Part shown: positions 46,530 to 56,420 of the stretch, one piece after another
Numbering within the stretch: the stretch's first letter is position 1
Layout of the letters: every line of letters starts with the position of its first letter
NCBI GenBank assembly: GCA_965232515.1
Contig: CBDDPY010000002.1
Span: 2,048,001 to 2,112,000, forward strand
DNA from: Alphaproteobacteria bacterium
GTDB lineage: Bacteria > Pseudomonadota > Alphaproteobacteria > GCA-2731375
Direction of reading: 5' to 3'
Length of the DNA: 64,000 bases
The notes under the pieces: model-generated
The model's database searches: none
Told to the model about the DNA's origin: nothing
What the model saw: only the letters and a program-made list of their open reading frames with translations
Position numbers and translations under genes: made by a program

Positions 46530-47495
46530 CTAGTCCGCCACCGAACGCAGAAATTTATCCACGTCTGCCAGCAGCGCGTCGGCGGCATGGTATCCGCCCA
46601 TCTTCACGGCGCCTTTGCGGGCGCACGACCGGAACGCCTTCGGCCGCTCGGCCCGGGTCAGCAGGTGGCCCGACCCCGTCTCGTATTCATAACCGTCGGC
46701 GCGGAGCGCGACGTTGCAACCGACCATGCTGTAGGCGTGCGGCATGTTGCGAATCCCGTCGATCGGCGCGTCGAAGCCGTGATAGGCGCCCTCGTAGAGC
46801 GTGATCGCCCAGTCCCTTCCCTGCGCCTTCATCCGCTCGACTTGGGCGATGCAGGGCGCGGCCGGCGTCCAGTTGTCGAGTTCGCCGATGAAGACATGCA
46901 CGGGCGCCGCCGTCACCTGGCCGTCCTCGATCTCGGCGCAGAGCGGATAGAGCAAGAGATAGCCGGCATAGTCGAGCTCGCCGGCGACCTTCCGGCGAAT
47001 GGGCGTCCAGGCCGCGAACATCGCCGCGATCGCGCCCTTGCTGCTGCCCATGATCACGATGCGGTCCGGATCGATGTCGGGTCGCTCGGCCAGAAACCGA
47101 AGCGCCCGCAGCACGTCCGTTGTCATCATCGCCGCGGTCACGTTGGTCTGGTTGCCCACCGTCGAGGTGACGCCGCGCGGCCCGAAGCTGTCGATCTGCA
47201 GGGTTGCGAAACCCAGATCGCGCGCCAGTTCGAGGTAACGCTGATGGCGCAGCAGTCGGCCCCCCGACCCGTGCATGAAGACGAACGCCGGCATGACGTC
47301 CCTGGTCTCGTCGGGATAGACGAGATCGGCGTCGATCTCGACATCGTAGACCGGCGCCGCCAACTTCAGCAGATCGCCGAGCTGATAAGGGCTCGCCGAT
47401 CTAATGGTGACCTCGCCGGCTCTGGCCGCCGCCGTCAACAGCACGCCCAGGGTCAGCAAACAACCCAGGCCGTGGGCTTTCCAGGCGCATCGCAT
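46530..47495 (-). CDS. Exported dienelactone-hydrolase-family alpha/beta hydrolase
   Basis: Signal peptide; MHGSGG, GSSKG nucleophile, GELDNW and YHGFD motifs. Confidence 0.85.
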   Translation of the reverse strand: MRCAWKAHGLGCLLTLGVLLTAAARAGEVTIRSASPYQLGDLLKLAAPVYDVEIDADLVYPDETRDVMPAFVFMHGSGGRLLRHQRYLELARDLGFATLQIDSFGPRGVTSTVGNQTNVTAAMMTTDVLRALRFLAERPDIDPDRIVIMGSSKGAIAAMFAAWTPIRRKVAGELDYAGYLLLYPLCAEIEDGQVTAAPVHVFIGELDNWTPAAPCIAQVERMKAQGRDWAITLYEGAYHGFDAPIDGIRNMPHAYSMVGCNVALRADGYEYETGSGHLLTRAERPKAFRSCARKGAVKMGGYHAADALLADVDKFLRSVAD

Positions 47496-47594
47496 CGTGA
47501 AACCTCCGCCAAACGGCCACAACTGTCCCGGAAGTCGCGGCGTCATTCAATCGTTTCGCGGCTGTTCCTGCCTGGCTGGCGTCCCGAACCGTCG

Positions 47595-48230
47595 CTACGC
47601 GGCCTTCTTCGCGACAATGAACACCGATTCGAACATCGACTTGCCCTTGCCCGGCTGCCATTCATAGTCGATCTCGAAACCGGCGCTGGTCAGACTGTCG
47701 ACCAGTTCCGTCGTGGTGAAGACCTTGACCAGCGGCATCAAGCCCAAAACCTTTCCGATCGGCGCGACGATCTTGAAAAACTTCATGTTGTTGCCGAGGC
47801 AGACCGTGCTGGTGACGAAAACGCCGCCCGGTTTCAACAGCTTGCGCACCTTGGCGATGGCCGCGTCCCTGTCCGCCAGCAGGTGCAGGACGTTGAGGCC
47901 CAGCACGGCATCGAAGGATTGATCCGGCGCGCTGAAGTCCTCGATACCGGATACGTCAAACGTCACGCCGTCGACGTTCTGCGCATCGGCCTTGGTTCGC
48001 GCGATCTCGATCATCTTCGCCGAGATATCGATCGCCTGGATGTGTTTCACAAAGGACGCATGGGCGATGGCGGTCGACCCCGTCCCGCAACCGAATTCCA
48101 GGACCGCCATGTCCGGCCGGAAGTAGTCGCGCGTGACCTGAAGCTTCTTCTGATACGCCGCTTCGTTGGCGACGGGCCGTTGCGAATAGCGTACGGCCGT
48201 TCTGTCCCAGAACTTGGCTGACTGAACCAT
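47595..48230 (-). CDS. Class I SAM-dependent methyltransferase
   Basis: FWDRTA, VLEFGCGTG and LKPGGVF motifs. Confidence 0.9.
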   Translation of the reverse strand: MVQSAKFWDRTAVRYSQRPVANEAAYQKKLQVTRDYFRPDMAVLEFGCGTGSTAIAHASFVKHIQAIDISAKMIEIARTKADAQNVDGVTFDVSGIEDFSAPDQSFDAVLGLNVLHLLADRDAAIAKVRKLLKPGGVFVTSTVCLGNNMKFFKIVAPIGKVLGLMPLVKVFTTTELVDSLTSAGFEIDYEWQPGKGKSMFESVFIVAKKAA

Positions 48231-48398
48231 CCTATCCCCGGTGTATCTGATTGAGAGCACTGCAATGCGGGATGTAGGAATCGGAAAACCGCCGTGAAGG
48301 CGGCGAATGGACCCGAAAAAACGCCTTCATTTCGACCGCCGTCCGGGCTAGCCGATTCAGACCCTCCAAACAGCGATCGATGATGTCCGTTGGCGACC

Positions 48399-48944
48399 CT
48401 AAACGCCGCCGGCCGACGCGCGGAACAACAGCAGGGCCGGCTCGTCGCGGTAGCTCGCCGTCACGTCGTCGCCGTAGCCCGCCTTGCGGCCGACCTTGAT
48501 CGAGGCGGCATGCGCGGGATCGAACATGCAGAACGTCCTGTCGCTGTCGATATACCGGTCGGCCCAGGCAACGATGCAGGTCACCGCTTCCGTCGCATAG
48601 CCCTTGCCGTGCTCGGATGTCTTCAGCACCCAGCCCGCTTCCGGCAGGTCCGGCTGCGGCGGCGCGATGGCGCGCTGGTGGTCGGCGAACCCGATCTCGC
48701 CGACGAAGCGGCCGTCGTCCTTGCTCTCGGCCACCCAATAGCCGAAGCCCAGCAGCCGCCAATGCCCGACATGGCGCAACAGCCGCGACCAGGATTCCTC
48801 CGTCGAGTACGGCCGCCCGGAGATATGCCGGACGACGTCCATGTCGGCCCACATGGCCGCGCTCTCGGCGAAATCCGCGCGCCGGTGCGGCCGGAGGATC
48901 AGGCGTGGTGTCTCCAGTATTGGCGCCGTCTCGAACACAGACAT
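48399..48944 (-). CDS. GNAT acetyltransferase (RimJ/RimL-like)
   Basis: LETPRLILRP, EAGW and GKGYATEA motifs. Confidence 0.9.
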   Translation of the reverse strand: MSVFETAPILETPRLILRPHRRADFAESAAMWADMDVVRHISGRPYSTEESWSRLLRHVGHWRLLGFGYWVAESKDDGRFVGEIGFADHQRAIAPPQPDLPEAGWVLKTSEHGKGYATEAVTCIVAWADRYIDSDRTFCMFDPAHAASIKVGRKAGYGDDVTASYRDEPALLLFRASAGGV

Positions 48945-49049
48945 CCCGCCCTCCAGCACAGGTCAGTCCAGGGAATGCCGACGGGCCAGGCGCCCGGCCG
49001 GAAGGGAATCCAAGGACAACAGAAACATTGAGAAAGTCACCACCACGTC

Positions 49050-49133
49050 GTCATTGCCGGACTTGATCCGGCAATCCAGGCAACGCTCGCCCCCGGCACC
49101 ACGCTGGATCACCGGGTCAAGCCCGGTGATGAC
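49050..49133. repeat. REP inverted pair (gtcattgccggacttgatccggcaatcca family)
   Basis: gtcattgccggacttgatccggcaatccag...ctggatcaccgggtcaagcccggtgatgac. Confidence 0.85.
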
Positions 49134-49167
49134 CAGGAAGAGGTGTCGAATTCATCGCGTGAGCTTA

Positions 49168-49896
49168 TCAGGCCGTGGCGGCGGCCGCCTGCGCCTCCAG
49201 ATGCTGGACCAGCTCGGCCGGCAGCGACAGGCGACCGGCCAGCGCCTCCAGATAGGCCTGCTCGGCCGGGTGGTCGGGATCGATGGCGAGCCGCGACGCG
49301 AGATACAGCTCCGCCGCCTGCTCCGGCCCGTCGGCGAGGCCGGCGATGTCCTGCAGGCTCGGCGGCTTGCCCAGCACGTCGAAGACGAAGGCCTTGTCCT
49401 CGGCGTCGAGCGGCAGTTCGCCGACCCGGTCGAAGATCTGGCGCTGCTCCTCCGCATCGATATGGCCGTCGGCATTGGCCGCGCCGATCATCGCCATCAC
49501 CAGCGCCAGCTCGAACGGCCTGCCGTCGCTCGCCGGCGCCGCGGCGGGCAGGAACTTCGAATCGGCCGGCGGCGATTCGGGCACGCCGCCGGCGGCCGGC
49601 GCCGCGGTCTGCGGCGCCTGCTGCCCGCCCTGCCAGTTGTTGTAGGCGCGATAGGCGAGCGCGCCCAACGCCGCGGCGCCGCCATAGCCGACCACGCCGC
49701 CGGCGACCTTGCCGACCGTCTTGCGCGCCTTCTTGTTGCCCAGCAGCAGTCCCAGCAACCCGCCGGCCGCGACGCCGCCGGCGATGCCGCCCACGCCGCT
49801 GTTGGCGAGCCCGGACTTGGCGCTCTGCAACGCGCCGCCGGCTTTTTGGCCCGCGTCGGGGCCCAGAAACTGCTCCAAAAGACCTTGGGGGTTCAT
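49168..49896 (-). CDS. DUF533/TerB-like (YebE-type) protein
   Basis: GLLEQFLG, Gly-rich helix, AMIGAANADGHIDAEE and ELYLASRL motifs. Confidence 0.87.
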   Translation of the reverse strand: MNPQGLLEQFLGPDAGQKAGGALQSAKSGLANSGVGGIAGGVAAGGLLGLLLGNKKARKTVGKVAGGVVGYGGAAALGALAYRAYNNWQGGQQAPQTAAPAAGGVPESPPADSKFLPAAAPASDGRPFELALVMAMIGAANADGHIDAEEQRQIFDRVGELPLDAEDKAFVFDVLGKPPSLQDIAGLADGPEQAAELYLASRLAIDPDHPAEQAYLEALAGRLSLPAELVQHLEAQAAAATA

Positions 49897-50014
49897 AAGC
49901 GACCTCTCGTTAATGCCGAAAGGTAGATAGGCACGGACACCCCCGATGGCAATCGGACGGCATCGTCCGACACGACGCCGCCAATACCGCGCCTGGCGAA
50001 CGAACGCTTACGCG

Positions 50015-50461
50015 CTAGAGCACAACCAGCTCGGTGTGGCCGAAGCCCTTTTTGTAGTCGAGAAGCGATATCGCCACGGGCTCCAAACGAAAGAAGGCAA
50101 GTTCGGCGGCGCCTTCGGTCTCGTACGTCGCGGCCTTGGGGAACTTCTTCAGAAGCAGGTTGCCGATCCGCTCCTGCTCGGCCGGATCGGTCACCGAAAT
50201 CGCCAAAGCCCCCATCGACAGCGACTCGATATCGTCCCAGCTGTCATAGGCGCGGTCGATGGTCAGCGAGACCTTGTTGTTGCGCGCAATGTTCCGCGCC
50301 TTCTGGGTGTCGGCGGTGGTGATGAAATAGATCGCCAGACCGTCGTTCACGTAGCTCACCGTCGTCGCCTGCGGAAAGCCGTCCTCGCGGACGGTGGCGA
50401 TGGTCATGTCGTCGACGTCATCGACAATGGAGATAATCTGTTCGTGCAGCTTTTCGTCCAT
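50015..50461 (-). CDS. Pyridoxamine 5'-phosphate oxidase-like FMN-binding protein
   Basis: IATVREDGFPQ and QKARNIARNNKVSLTI motifs. Confidence 0.85.
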   Translation of the reverse strand: MDEKLHEQIISIVDDVDDMTIATVREDGFPQATTVSYVNDGLAIYFITTADTQKARNIARNNKVSLTIDRAYDSWDDIESLSMGALAISVTDPAEQERIGNLLLKKFPKAATYETEGAAELAFFRLEPVAISLLDYKKGFGHTELVVL

Positions 50462-50647
50462 GTCCCGCTCCCGCCCTATCCCGGCGATCGATATGAACAG
50501 AAATCCGGGCCAGGTGTGTTGATGTGCCTCAACGAGCGACCGTGCTCTGCGCCGCATGCGACGAATGAAGCCGCGGCCATGGAACGGTCGGGGGCCTGCG
50601 GGCTATGATGCCTTTTTTGGGCGAACGGACGCCGGGGAGGAAGCGCG

Positions 50648-51412
50648 ATGCCGATTGTCATGGACGCGGCCGAGGCCGCCAAGGGCCGGCAGGCGGTCGA
50701 GGTCAAGGGCTTCACCACCAAGGCCCACGACGCCGACAGTTATTATGCGACGCTCTATATGGGCGCGGCGCCCGACAACGCGGCGGCCACAATGGGCCGG
50801 GCGGGCGACGACAAGTCGCTGCCGCAGGCCTATCTGGTCGAGCAGCCCGCCGACGCCACCGTGCCGCCGCACTTCCACGACACCGATCAGTTCCAGGTCT
50901 TCGTGGCCGGCGCCGCCAGCTTCGGCAAGCAGCCGGTGCGACCGCTGTCGCTTCACTATGCCGGCGGCCACACGCCCTACGGCCCGATCGTCACGACGGA
51001 GCAGGGCGCGCATTACTTCACGCTGCGCGCCAAATGGGATTCCGGCGGCAAGCCGATGCCGCAATCTCGCGATCGGCTGAAACCGGTCCGCCGCTGCCAC
51101 CGGCTGGCCGAGGACATCGCGGCCAAGGCCGGCCCGACCGGGCGCGCCGACGTGCTGCCGGTCGAGGACGACGGCCTGGGCGCGGCGTTGTTCACGCTCG
51201 CCCCCGACCAGACCGGGACGCTCGATCTGGATGTGGCGGGCGGCGGCCAGTACGCGCTCGTCACCGCCGGCACGGTCCGGCATGACGGCGCCGACCTCGC
51301 CGAACATTCCTGCCTCTACCGCTTCGCCGAGGAAGCGCCGCTGACGCTCACCGCCGGCCCGGCCGGCGCCGCTGTTCTGCTGATGCAGTTCCCGGTCCAC
51401 GCGGACGGCTAG
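50648..51412 (+). CDS. Hypothetical cupin-like protein
   Basis: PPHFHDTDQFQVFVAG and HTPYGPI suggest a metal-binding cupin; GGAGG RBS. Confidence 0.65.
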   Translation: MPIVMDAAEAAKGRQAVEVKGFTTKAHDADSYYATLYMGAAPDNAAATMGRAGDDKSLPQAYLVEQPADATVPPHFHDTDQFQVFVAGAASFGKQPVRPLSLHYAGGHTPYGPIVTTEQGAHYFTLRAKWDSGGKPMPQSRDRLKPVRRCHRLAEDIAAKAGPTGRADVLPVEDDGLGAALFTLAPDQTGTLDLDVAGGGQYALVTAGTVRHDGADLAEHSCLYRFAEEAPLTLTAGPAGAAVLLMQFPVHADG

Positions 51413-51420
51413 AGGCGTCC

Positions 51421-52092
51421 ATGCATATCGGTCTTATCGGCGGTATCGGCCCCGCGGCGACGGACTATTACTACCGGCGCCTGATCGCGGCGGCGGCCGC
51501 GCGTGAGATGCCACTGGACCTGACCATCGCGCACGCCGACGCGCCGACGCTGCTGCAAAATCAGGAGCGCGGCGACGCCGCGGCCCAGGTCGAGATCTTC
51601 ACCCGGCTGACGCACCGATTGCAGGCCGCCGGCGCCGGGACGGTCGCCGTCACCTCGATTGCCGGGCACTTCTGCATCGACGCGTTCAAGGCCGCGTCGC
51701 CACTGCCGGTGGTCGATCTGCTGCGCGAAACCGATCTGGCGCTGCAACGCGCCGGTATCGGCCGGGCCGGCGTGCTCGGCACCCGGATCGCCATGGAAAC
51801 CCGGCTCTACGGCGCGGTCCGCGCGGCCGAGGTCGTCCCGCCCGCCGGCCGGGACCTGACCGACGTGCACGACGCCTATGTGACAATGGCCATGGCCGGC
51901 GCGGCGACCGAGGCCCAGCGCGACGTCTTCCTCGCCGCCAGCCGCCGCCTGATCGCCGAGCAGAACGTCGAGGCCATCATGCTGGGCGGCACCGACCTGG
52001 CGCTGGTGTTCGACGGCGGCGACACCGGCTTCGCCGTCATCGACTGCGCCCAGATCCACATCGACGCCCTGGCCGAGATCGCAACCGCTTGA
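51421..52092 (+). CDS. Aspartate/glutamate racemase-family protein (non-canonical active site)
   Basis: IGLIGGIGPAATDYYYRRL, GVLGT and MLGGTDL motifs. Confidence 0.85.
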   Translation: MHIGLIGGIGPAATDYYYRRLIAAAAAREMPLDLTIAHADAPTLLQNQERGDAAAQVEIFTRLTHRLQAAGAGTVAVTSIAGHFCIDAFKAASPLPVVDLLRETDLALQRAGIGRAGVLGTRIAMETRLYGAVRAAEVVPPAGRDLTDVHDAYVTMAMAGAATEAQRDVFLAASRRLIAEQNVEAIMLGGTDLALVFDGGDTGFAVIDCAQIHIDALAEIATA

Positions 52093-52774
52093 TTGGCGAC
52101 GCGCGGCGGCGGCGCCAGGCCAGGCCAGCCAGGCCCATGCCGAACAGCGCGATGCCGGCCGGCTCCGGCACGGCGGTGGCGTCCGACGCCTTGGCGAAGG
52201 ACAGGTTGTCCGCGCTGAAAGCCTCGGGGACAAAGGTCAAGCCTTCGCCTTCGAAGGCGATCGTGCTGAACGCGGCGTCGCCTACCACGCCCAGGAAGCC
52301 CGTGCCCGGATCGCCCAATTCGTCAAAAAAGCTGACGGTGGCGTCGCCATTGCCGTCGAAATCGCCGGTCACGGTCAGCCCGCTGCCCGACGCGGTGCTG
52401 AACCAGTCGGCGCCAAAGGCGAAAATCGGCATCGGAAAGCCCCAGGCGATGGTGCCGAAAACGTCGGCTTCGCCAGAGGTCCCCCTGACCCGTCCGATGT
52501 ATCCGACGCCAAGGACTACATTAGAAAAACTGGCCGATGCCGGCGTCCCGCTGCTGACGACGCCGCTGTCGAAGGTAATGCTGGCGGCGTTGGTGATGGG
52601 GTTGTCGAACGGATCGTCGACAATGGGCCCGCCCAGCGGCGAGGCCGCCACGGCGTTCTCCCAGGCCGTGCGGTCGGTGAAGATCTGAAAGGCGTGCGCG
52701 CTCGCCGTCACGGCGAACATGGCGAGGCCGGCCAGGCCAGCGACGAACATCCTGCTCAAGTTTGCTCTGATCAT
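52037..52774 (-). CDS. PEP-CTERM protein (tandem copy A)
   Basis: Signal peptide; C-terminal VPEPAGIALFGMGLAGLAWRRRR. Confidence 0.88.
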   Translation of the reverse strand: MIRANLSRMFVAGLAGLAMFAVTASAHAFQIFTDRTAWENAVAASPLGGPIVDDPFDNPITNAASITFDSGVVSSGTPASASFSNVVLGVGYIGRVRGTSGEADVFGTIAWGFPMPIFAFGADWFSTASGSGLTVTGDFDGNGDATVSFFDELGDPGTGFLGVVGDAAFSTIAFEGEGLTFVPEAFSADNLSFAKASDATAVPEPAGIALFGMGLAGLAWRRRRASPIKRLRSRPGRRCGSGRSR

Positions 52775-52845
52775 CGACATCTCCTTGGCGTTGTTGCTCC
52801 GGCGCCGCCGGGACCGGTCGTGCGGAACTGCGGAACGGAAGCGCG

Positions 52846-53535
52846 CTAACCCCGCCGCCGGGCGCGGCGGCGGCGCCAGGCCATGCCGGCGAGGCCCATG
52901 CCGAACAGCGCGAGGCCGGCCGGCTCCGGCACGGCAGCCACCTTGGCGAAGGACAAGTTGTCCGCGACGAAACCCTCGGAGATGTCGATCAGGTCTTCGC
53001 CTTCGAAAGTGATCGTGCCGAACACGGCGTCGCCCACCACGCCCAGGAAGCCGGTGCCCGGATCGCCCAATTCGTCAAAAAAGCTGACGGTCGCATCGCC
53101 ATTGCCGTCGAAATCGCCGGTCACGGTCAGCCCACTGCCCGACGTCGTGCTAATCCAGTCGGCGCCGAAGGCGAATATCGGCATCGGAAAGCCCCAGGTG
53201 ATGGTGTCGAATAAATCAGCACTGTTCGTACCGGAAAAGTTTCCGCGCACCTGTCCGCTGTATCCGCCGCCAATGACCCGGTTATTGACGTTGGCCGATG
53301 CCGGCGCCCCGGTACTGACGACGCCGCTGTCGAAGGTGATGCTGTCGGCAGTGGCGATGGGGTTGTCGAACGGATCGTCGACAATGGGCCCGCCCAGCGG
53401 CGAGGCCGCCACGGCGTTCTCCCAGGCCGTGCGGTCGGTGAAGATCTGAAAGGCGTGCGCGCTCGCCGTCACGGCGAACACGGCGAGGCCGGTTACGCCG
53501 GCAATAAACGTCCTGCTCAGGCGTGTCCTGATCAT
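52846..53535 (-). CDS. PEP-CTERM protein (tandem copy B)
   Basis: Signal peptide; C-terminal VPEPAGLALFGMGLAGMAWRRRR; close paralog of copy A. Confidence 0.9.
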   Translation of the reverse strand: MIRTRLSRTFIAGVTGLAVFAVTASAHAFQIFTDRTAWENAVAASPLGGPIVDDPFDNPIATADSITFDSGVVSTGAPASANVNNRVIGGGYSGQVRGNFSGTNSADLFDTITWGFPMPIFAFGADWISTTSGSGLTVTGDFDGNGDATVSFFDELGDPGTGFLGVVGDAVFGTITFEGEDLIDISEGFVADNLSFAKVAAVPEPAGLALFGMGLAGMAWRRRRARRRG

Positions 53536-53773
53536 CGAAGTCTCCATTTTTCGTTATCGACGGATCCGGCCCGGCGGCGTGCAATGCCGAGGCACGCGAC
53601 GCCACGCGCCGTCACGACGCCCGTCCGCGTCGAAACCACGCCATCGTCAACAGCCGGCTTGTGCATACTCACTCTCGCTCACCCGTCGAACGCACGGGAC
53701 GTGGCCGGACATGCGGCCGGTGCCGATCCGGCATAAGGCCCATCGGGGTGGCGGATTTAAAGGGACGGCGGCG

Positions 53774-53812
53774 ATTTTGTCCGATATGTGCTCAATTTTG
53801 TCCGATATGTGC
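53774..53812. promoter_or_regulatory. Perfect 18-bp direct repeat with 21-bp period (probable activator site)
   Basis: attttgtccgatatgtgc at 53774-53791 and 53795-53812, upstream of the PEP-CTERM pair. Confidence 0.6.
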
Positions 53813-53895
53813 GCATGCCCGTCCGCCACGGGCGCGCCGATACCGGCGAGCTCGGCGCGCATGCGACGGCCGAAGCTACAACCCGGCGTCCGCCG

Positions 53896-54258
53896 TCAGG
53901 CCTGGTTCAGGCCCAGTTCGCGCTGCTTTTTCTTCGACAGGCCGAGCGAGACGATGCGGTGCGATTCCTGCAGGTAGGCGCGCAGGTCGTCGTCCGAGAG
54001 GCCCGGCCGGGCATGGTGCTGGATCCAGGTCATGCCGCGCGAGGCGAGATACGGCGCCGGCCGCAGGCCCGGCTGCTCTTTCAGGATCTCGTAGGACAGA
54101 TCGCTCACCTTGAAGGTATAGGCGGGTTCGTCGTCACCCCAGCCGCCGATGGCGAAGACCTTGCCGCCGACCTTCCAGACATGCGAGCCGCCCCACTGCA
54201 CCACATGGCTGGTCGCCGGCAGGCCGCCGCAAAACGCGTTGAACTCGTCGTAGGTCAA
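53896..54258 (-). CDS. MmcQ/YjbR-family protein
   Basis: HVWKVGGKVFA and PAPYLASRGMTW motifs. Start uncertain. Confidence 0.85.
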   Translation of the reverse strand: MTYDEFNAFCGGLPATSHVVQWGGSHVWKVGGKVFAIGGWGDDEPAYTFKVSDLSYEILKEQPGLRPAPYLASRGMTWIQHHARPGLSDDDLRAYLQESHRIVSLGLSKKKQRELGLNQA

Positions 54259-54400
54259 TGCTACATGCCCAATCCGCCGCACCGAACGTCAGGATGTACC
54301 ACAGCGCGCGCCGTCCGCGAGTCCGGATGTCGCGACGTTTCGATGTGGCCGGCGGCAAAGCTTCACAACCGCCGCCGGCACGAACAGTCGAGGTTCGGGC

Positions 54401-55549
54401 ATGGCGCGTGGAGAGGCCGCGGTAAGGGATGTCGTCGTCATCGGCGCCGGCGCGTCCGGCCTCGCCGTCACCCACGCCCTGCACGCCGCCGGGATCGGCG
54501 TGCGCGTACTCGAAAAAATGCCGCACGTCGCCGAGCCCTGGCGCCGACGTCACCCACAACTCCGCCTGAACACCCATCGCCGGCTGTCGGGCCTGCCCGG
54601 CATGCCCATGCCGAAGGCGTTCGGCGGCTTCCCGACGCGCGACGACATGATCGGCTATCTCGAAGACTACGCCGCCGGCACGCCGGCGCCGATTGCGTTC
54701 AATGTCGAGGTTCGGAAGGTTGATAAGGCGGATGCGAGCTGGCGGCTCGAGACATCGGCCGAAACGTTCGTCGCCGCGCATGTCGTCGTCGCCACCGGTC
54801 TCGACCGTGTGCCGATTCTGCCGGCCTGGCCGGGCATGGCCGGCTTCGGCGGCGAGATCCTGCACGCCGCCGACGTCGGCGACGTCGAGCGCTACCGCGA
54901 CAAGCGCATCCTGGTCGTCGGCGCCGGCAATTCCGGCACCGACCTGCTCAACCACCTGGTTCGAGCCGGCCCTCGCGACGTCTGGGTGTCGGTCCGGCAC
55001 GGACCGGTCGTCGTGCCGCGCCATCTGTTCGCCCTGCCGACCCAACTTCTGTCACCCCTGCTCGATGCCCTGCCGCTCGCGGCCGCCGACCGGCTCCTGG
55101 ACCTGACGTCCTGGCTCGCTTTCGGCGACTTGCGCAAGCGCGGCCTGCCCCGACATCCAACCGGCGCCGCGACCCGCCTCGCGCATGACGGCATCGCGCC
55201 CGCCATCGACCATGGCTTCGTCGCCGCCCTGAAGCGCGGCGCGGTCGAGATCGTGGCCGAGATCGACCGCTTCGACGACACCGGCGTGCGCCTGACCGAC
55301 GGCCGCCGCCTCGCCCCTGACATCGTCATCGCCGCCACCGGCTACCGCACCGGCCTCGAACCGATGCTGGGCCATCTCGGCATCCTCGACGAAACCGGCG
55401 CCCCGAAGATTCACGGGCCCCAACAGGACCCGCGCTTCCCTGGCCTCTGGTTCACCGGCATGCGCCCCCCGCTTCAGGGTACGCTCAATGCCGCCGGCAA
55501 GACCGCGCGCCAGATTGCCGCCGCCATCAAGCGCCAAACGGCCAGCTAG
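54401..55549 (+). CDS. Flavin-containing monooxygenase (class B)
   Basis: Two Rossmann motifs (GAGASG, GAGNSG), FGGEILHAAD and ATGY. Confidence 0.9.
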   Translation: MARGEAAVRDVVVIGAGASGLAVTHALHAAGIGVRVLEKMPHVAEPWRRRHPQLRLNTHRRLSGLPGMPMPKAFGGFPTRDDMIGYLEDYAAGTPAPIAFNVEVRKVDKADASWRLETSAETFVAAHVVVATGLDRVPILPAWPGMAGFGGEILHAADVGDVERYRDKRILVVGAGNSGTDLLNHLVRAGPRDVWVSVRHGPVVVPRHLFALPTQLLSPLLDALPLAAADRLLDLTSWLAFGDLRKRGLPRHPTGAATRLAHDGIAPAIDHGFVAALKRGAVEIVAEIDRFDDTGVRLTDGRRLAPDIVIAATGYRTGLEPMLGHLGILDETGAPKIHGPQQDPRFPGLWFTGMRPPLQGTLNAAGKTARQIAAAIKRQTAS

Positions 55550-55612
55550 TCTTGTCAGACCGCCGTCTGCCATCCACGATCGGCCGAAGGCCAACGTCAC
55601 GGGAGGCAAGAA

Positions 55613-56413
55613 ATGGAAACGGGGCATCGGCTGGCGGGGAAGGTAGCGATCGTGACCGGCGGCGCGTCCGGCATCGGCGCCGAGACGGCGCGGGTGTTCG
55701 CGGCTGAGGGTGCTGCCGTCGTCGTCTGCGATGTCAACGAGGCGCTGGGCCGCGCCGTTGTTGACGAGATCGGTGGGAACGGCGGCGCGGCCGCGTTTCG
55801 GCTGCTGCAGGTCACAGACGAGGAGCAATGGGCCGCGCTGGTTGCCGAGACGGAGGAGACCTACGGCAAGCTGAACGTGCTGACGAACATCGCCGGCATT
55901 TCCGGCCGCGATCCGCAACAGAACATCCAGCCGACCCTGACCGCCGGCGGCGTGCTGGAGGATCAGTCGTTGGCGAAATGGAACGAGGTCATGGCCGTGA
56001 ACGCAACCGGCACGTTTCTCGGCACCAAGGCCGTGATCGCGCCGATGCGGCGGGCCGGCGGTGGTTCGATCGTCAATATCTCCTCGATCTGCGGCATCGT
56101 CGGCTCGTTCGCCAATCCCGCCTATCACGCCTCAAAGGGCGCCGTGCGCATCTTCTCGAAGTCGGCCGCCATCCAGTATGCCGCCGACAAGATCCGCGTG
56201 AACTCGATCCATCCCGGCTTCGTCGACACGCCGATGACGCAACCGGGCCACGCCAATCCCGAGATCGCGCAAAAACGCCTCGACGCGACTCCGCTCGGCC
56301 GCTTCGGCACGCCGCACGACATCGCCATGGGCTGCCTCTACCTGGCGTCCGACGAGGCTGCCTGGGTGACCGGCTCCGAACTCGTCATCGACGGCGGCAT
56401 GACCGCGAGCTGA
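55613..56413 (+). CDS. Short-chain dehydrogenase/reductase
   Basis: TGGASGIG, NISS, YHASK and IDGG motifs. Confidence 0.94.
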   Translation: METGHRLAGKVAIVTGGASGIGAETARVFAAEGAAVVVCDVNEALGRAVVDEIGGNGGAAAFRLLQVTDEEQWAALVAETEETYGKLNVLTNIAGISGRDPQQNIQPTLTAGGVLEDQSLAKWNEVMAVNATGTFLGTKAVIAPMRRAGGGSIVNISSICGIVGSFANPAYHASKGAVRIFSKSAAIQYAADKIRVNSIHPGFVDTPMTQPGHANPEIAQKRLDATPLGRFGTPHDIAMGCLYLASDEAAWVTGSELVIDGGMTAS

Positions 56414-56420
56414 CCGCCCG

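Noticed and set aside
52037-53535. Possible diversity-generating retroelement (TR/VR pair) in the PEP-CTERM duplicates
   Set aside because: Differences include indels and are not adenine-specific, both copies are full genes, and no reverse transcriptase is in the window.
53774-53812. Possible CRISPR mini-array
   Set aside because: Only two 18-bp units with a 3-bp spacer, and no cas genes.
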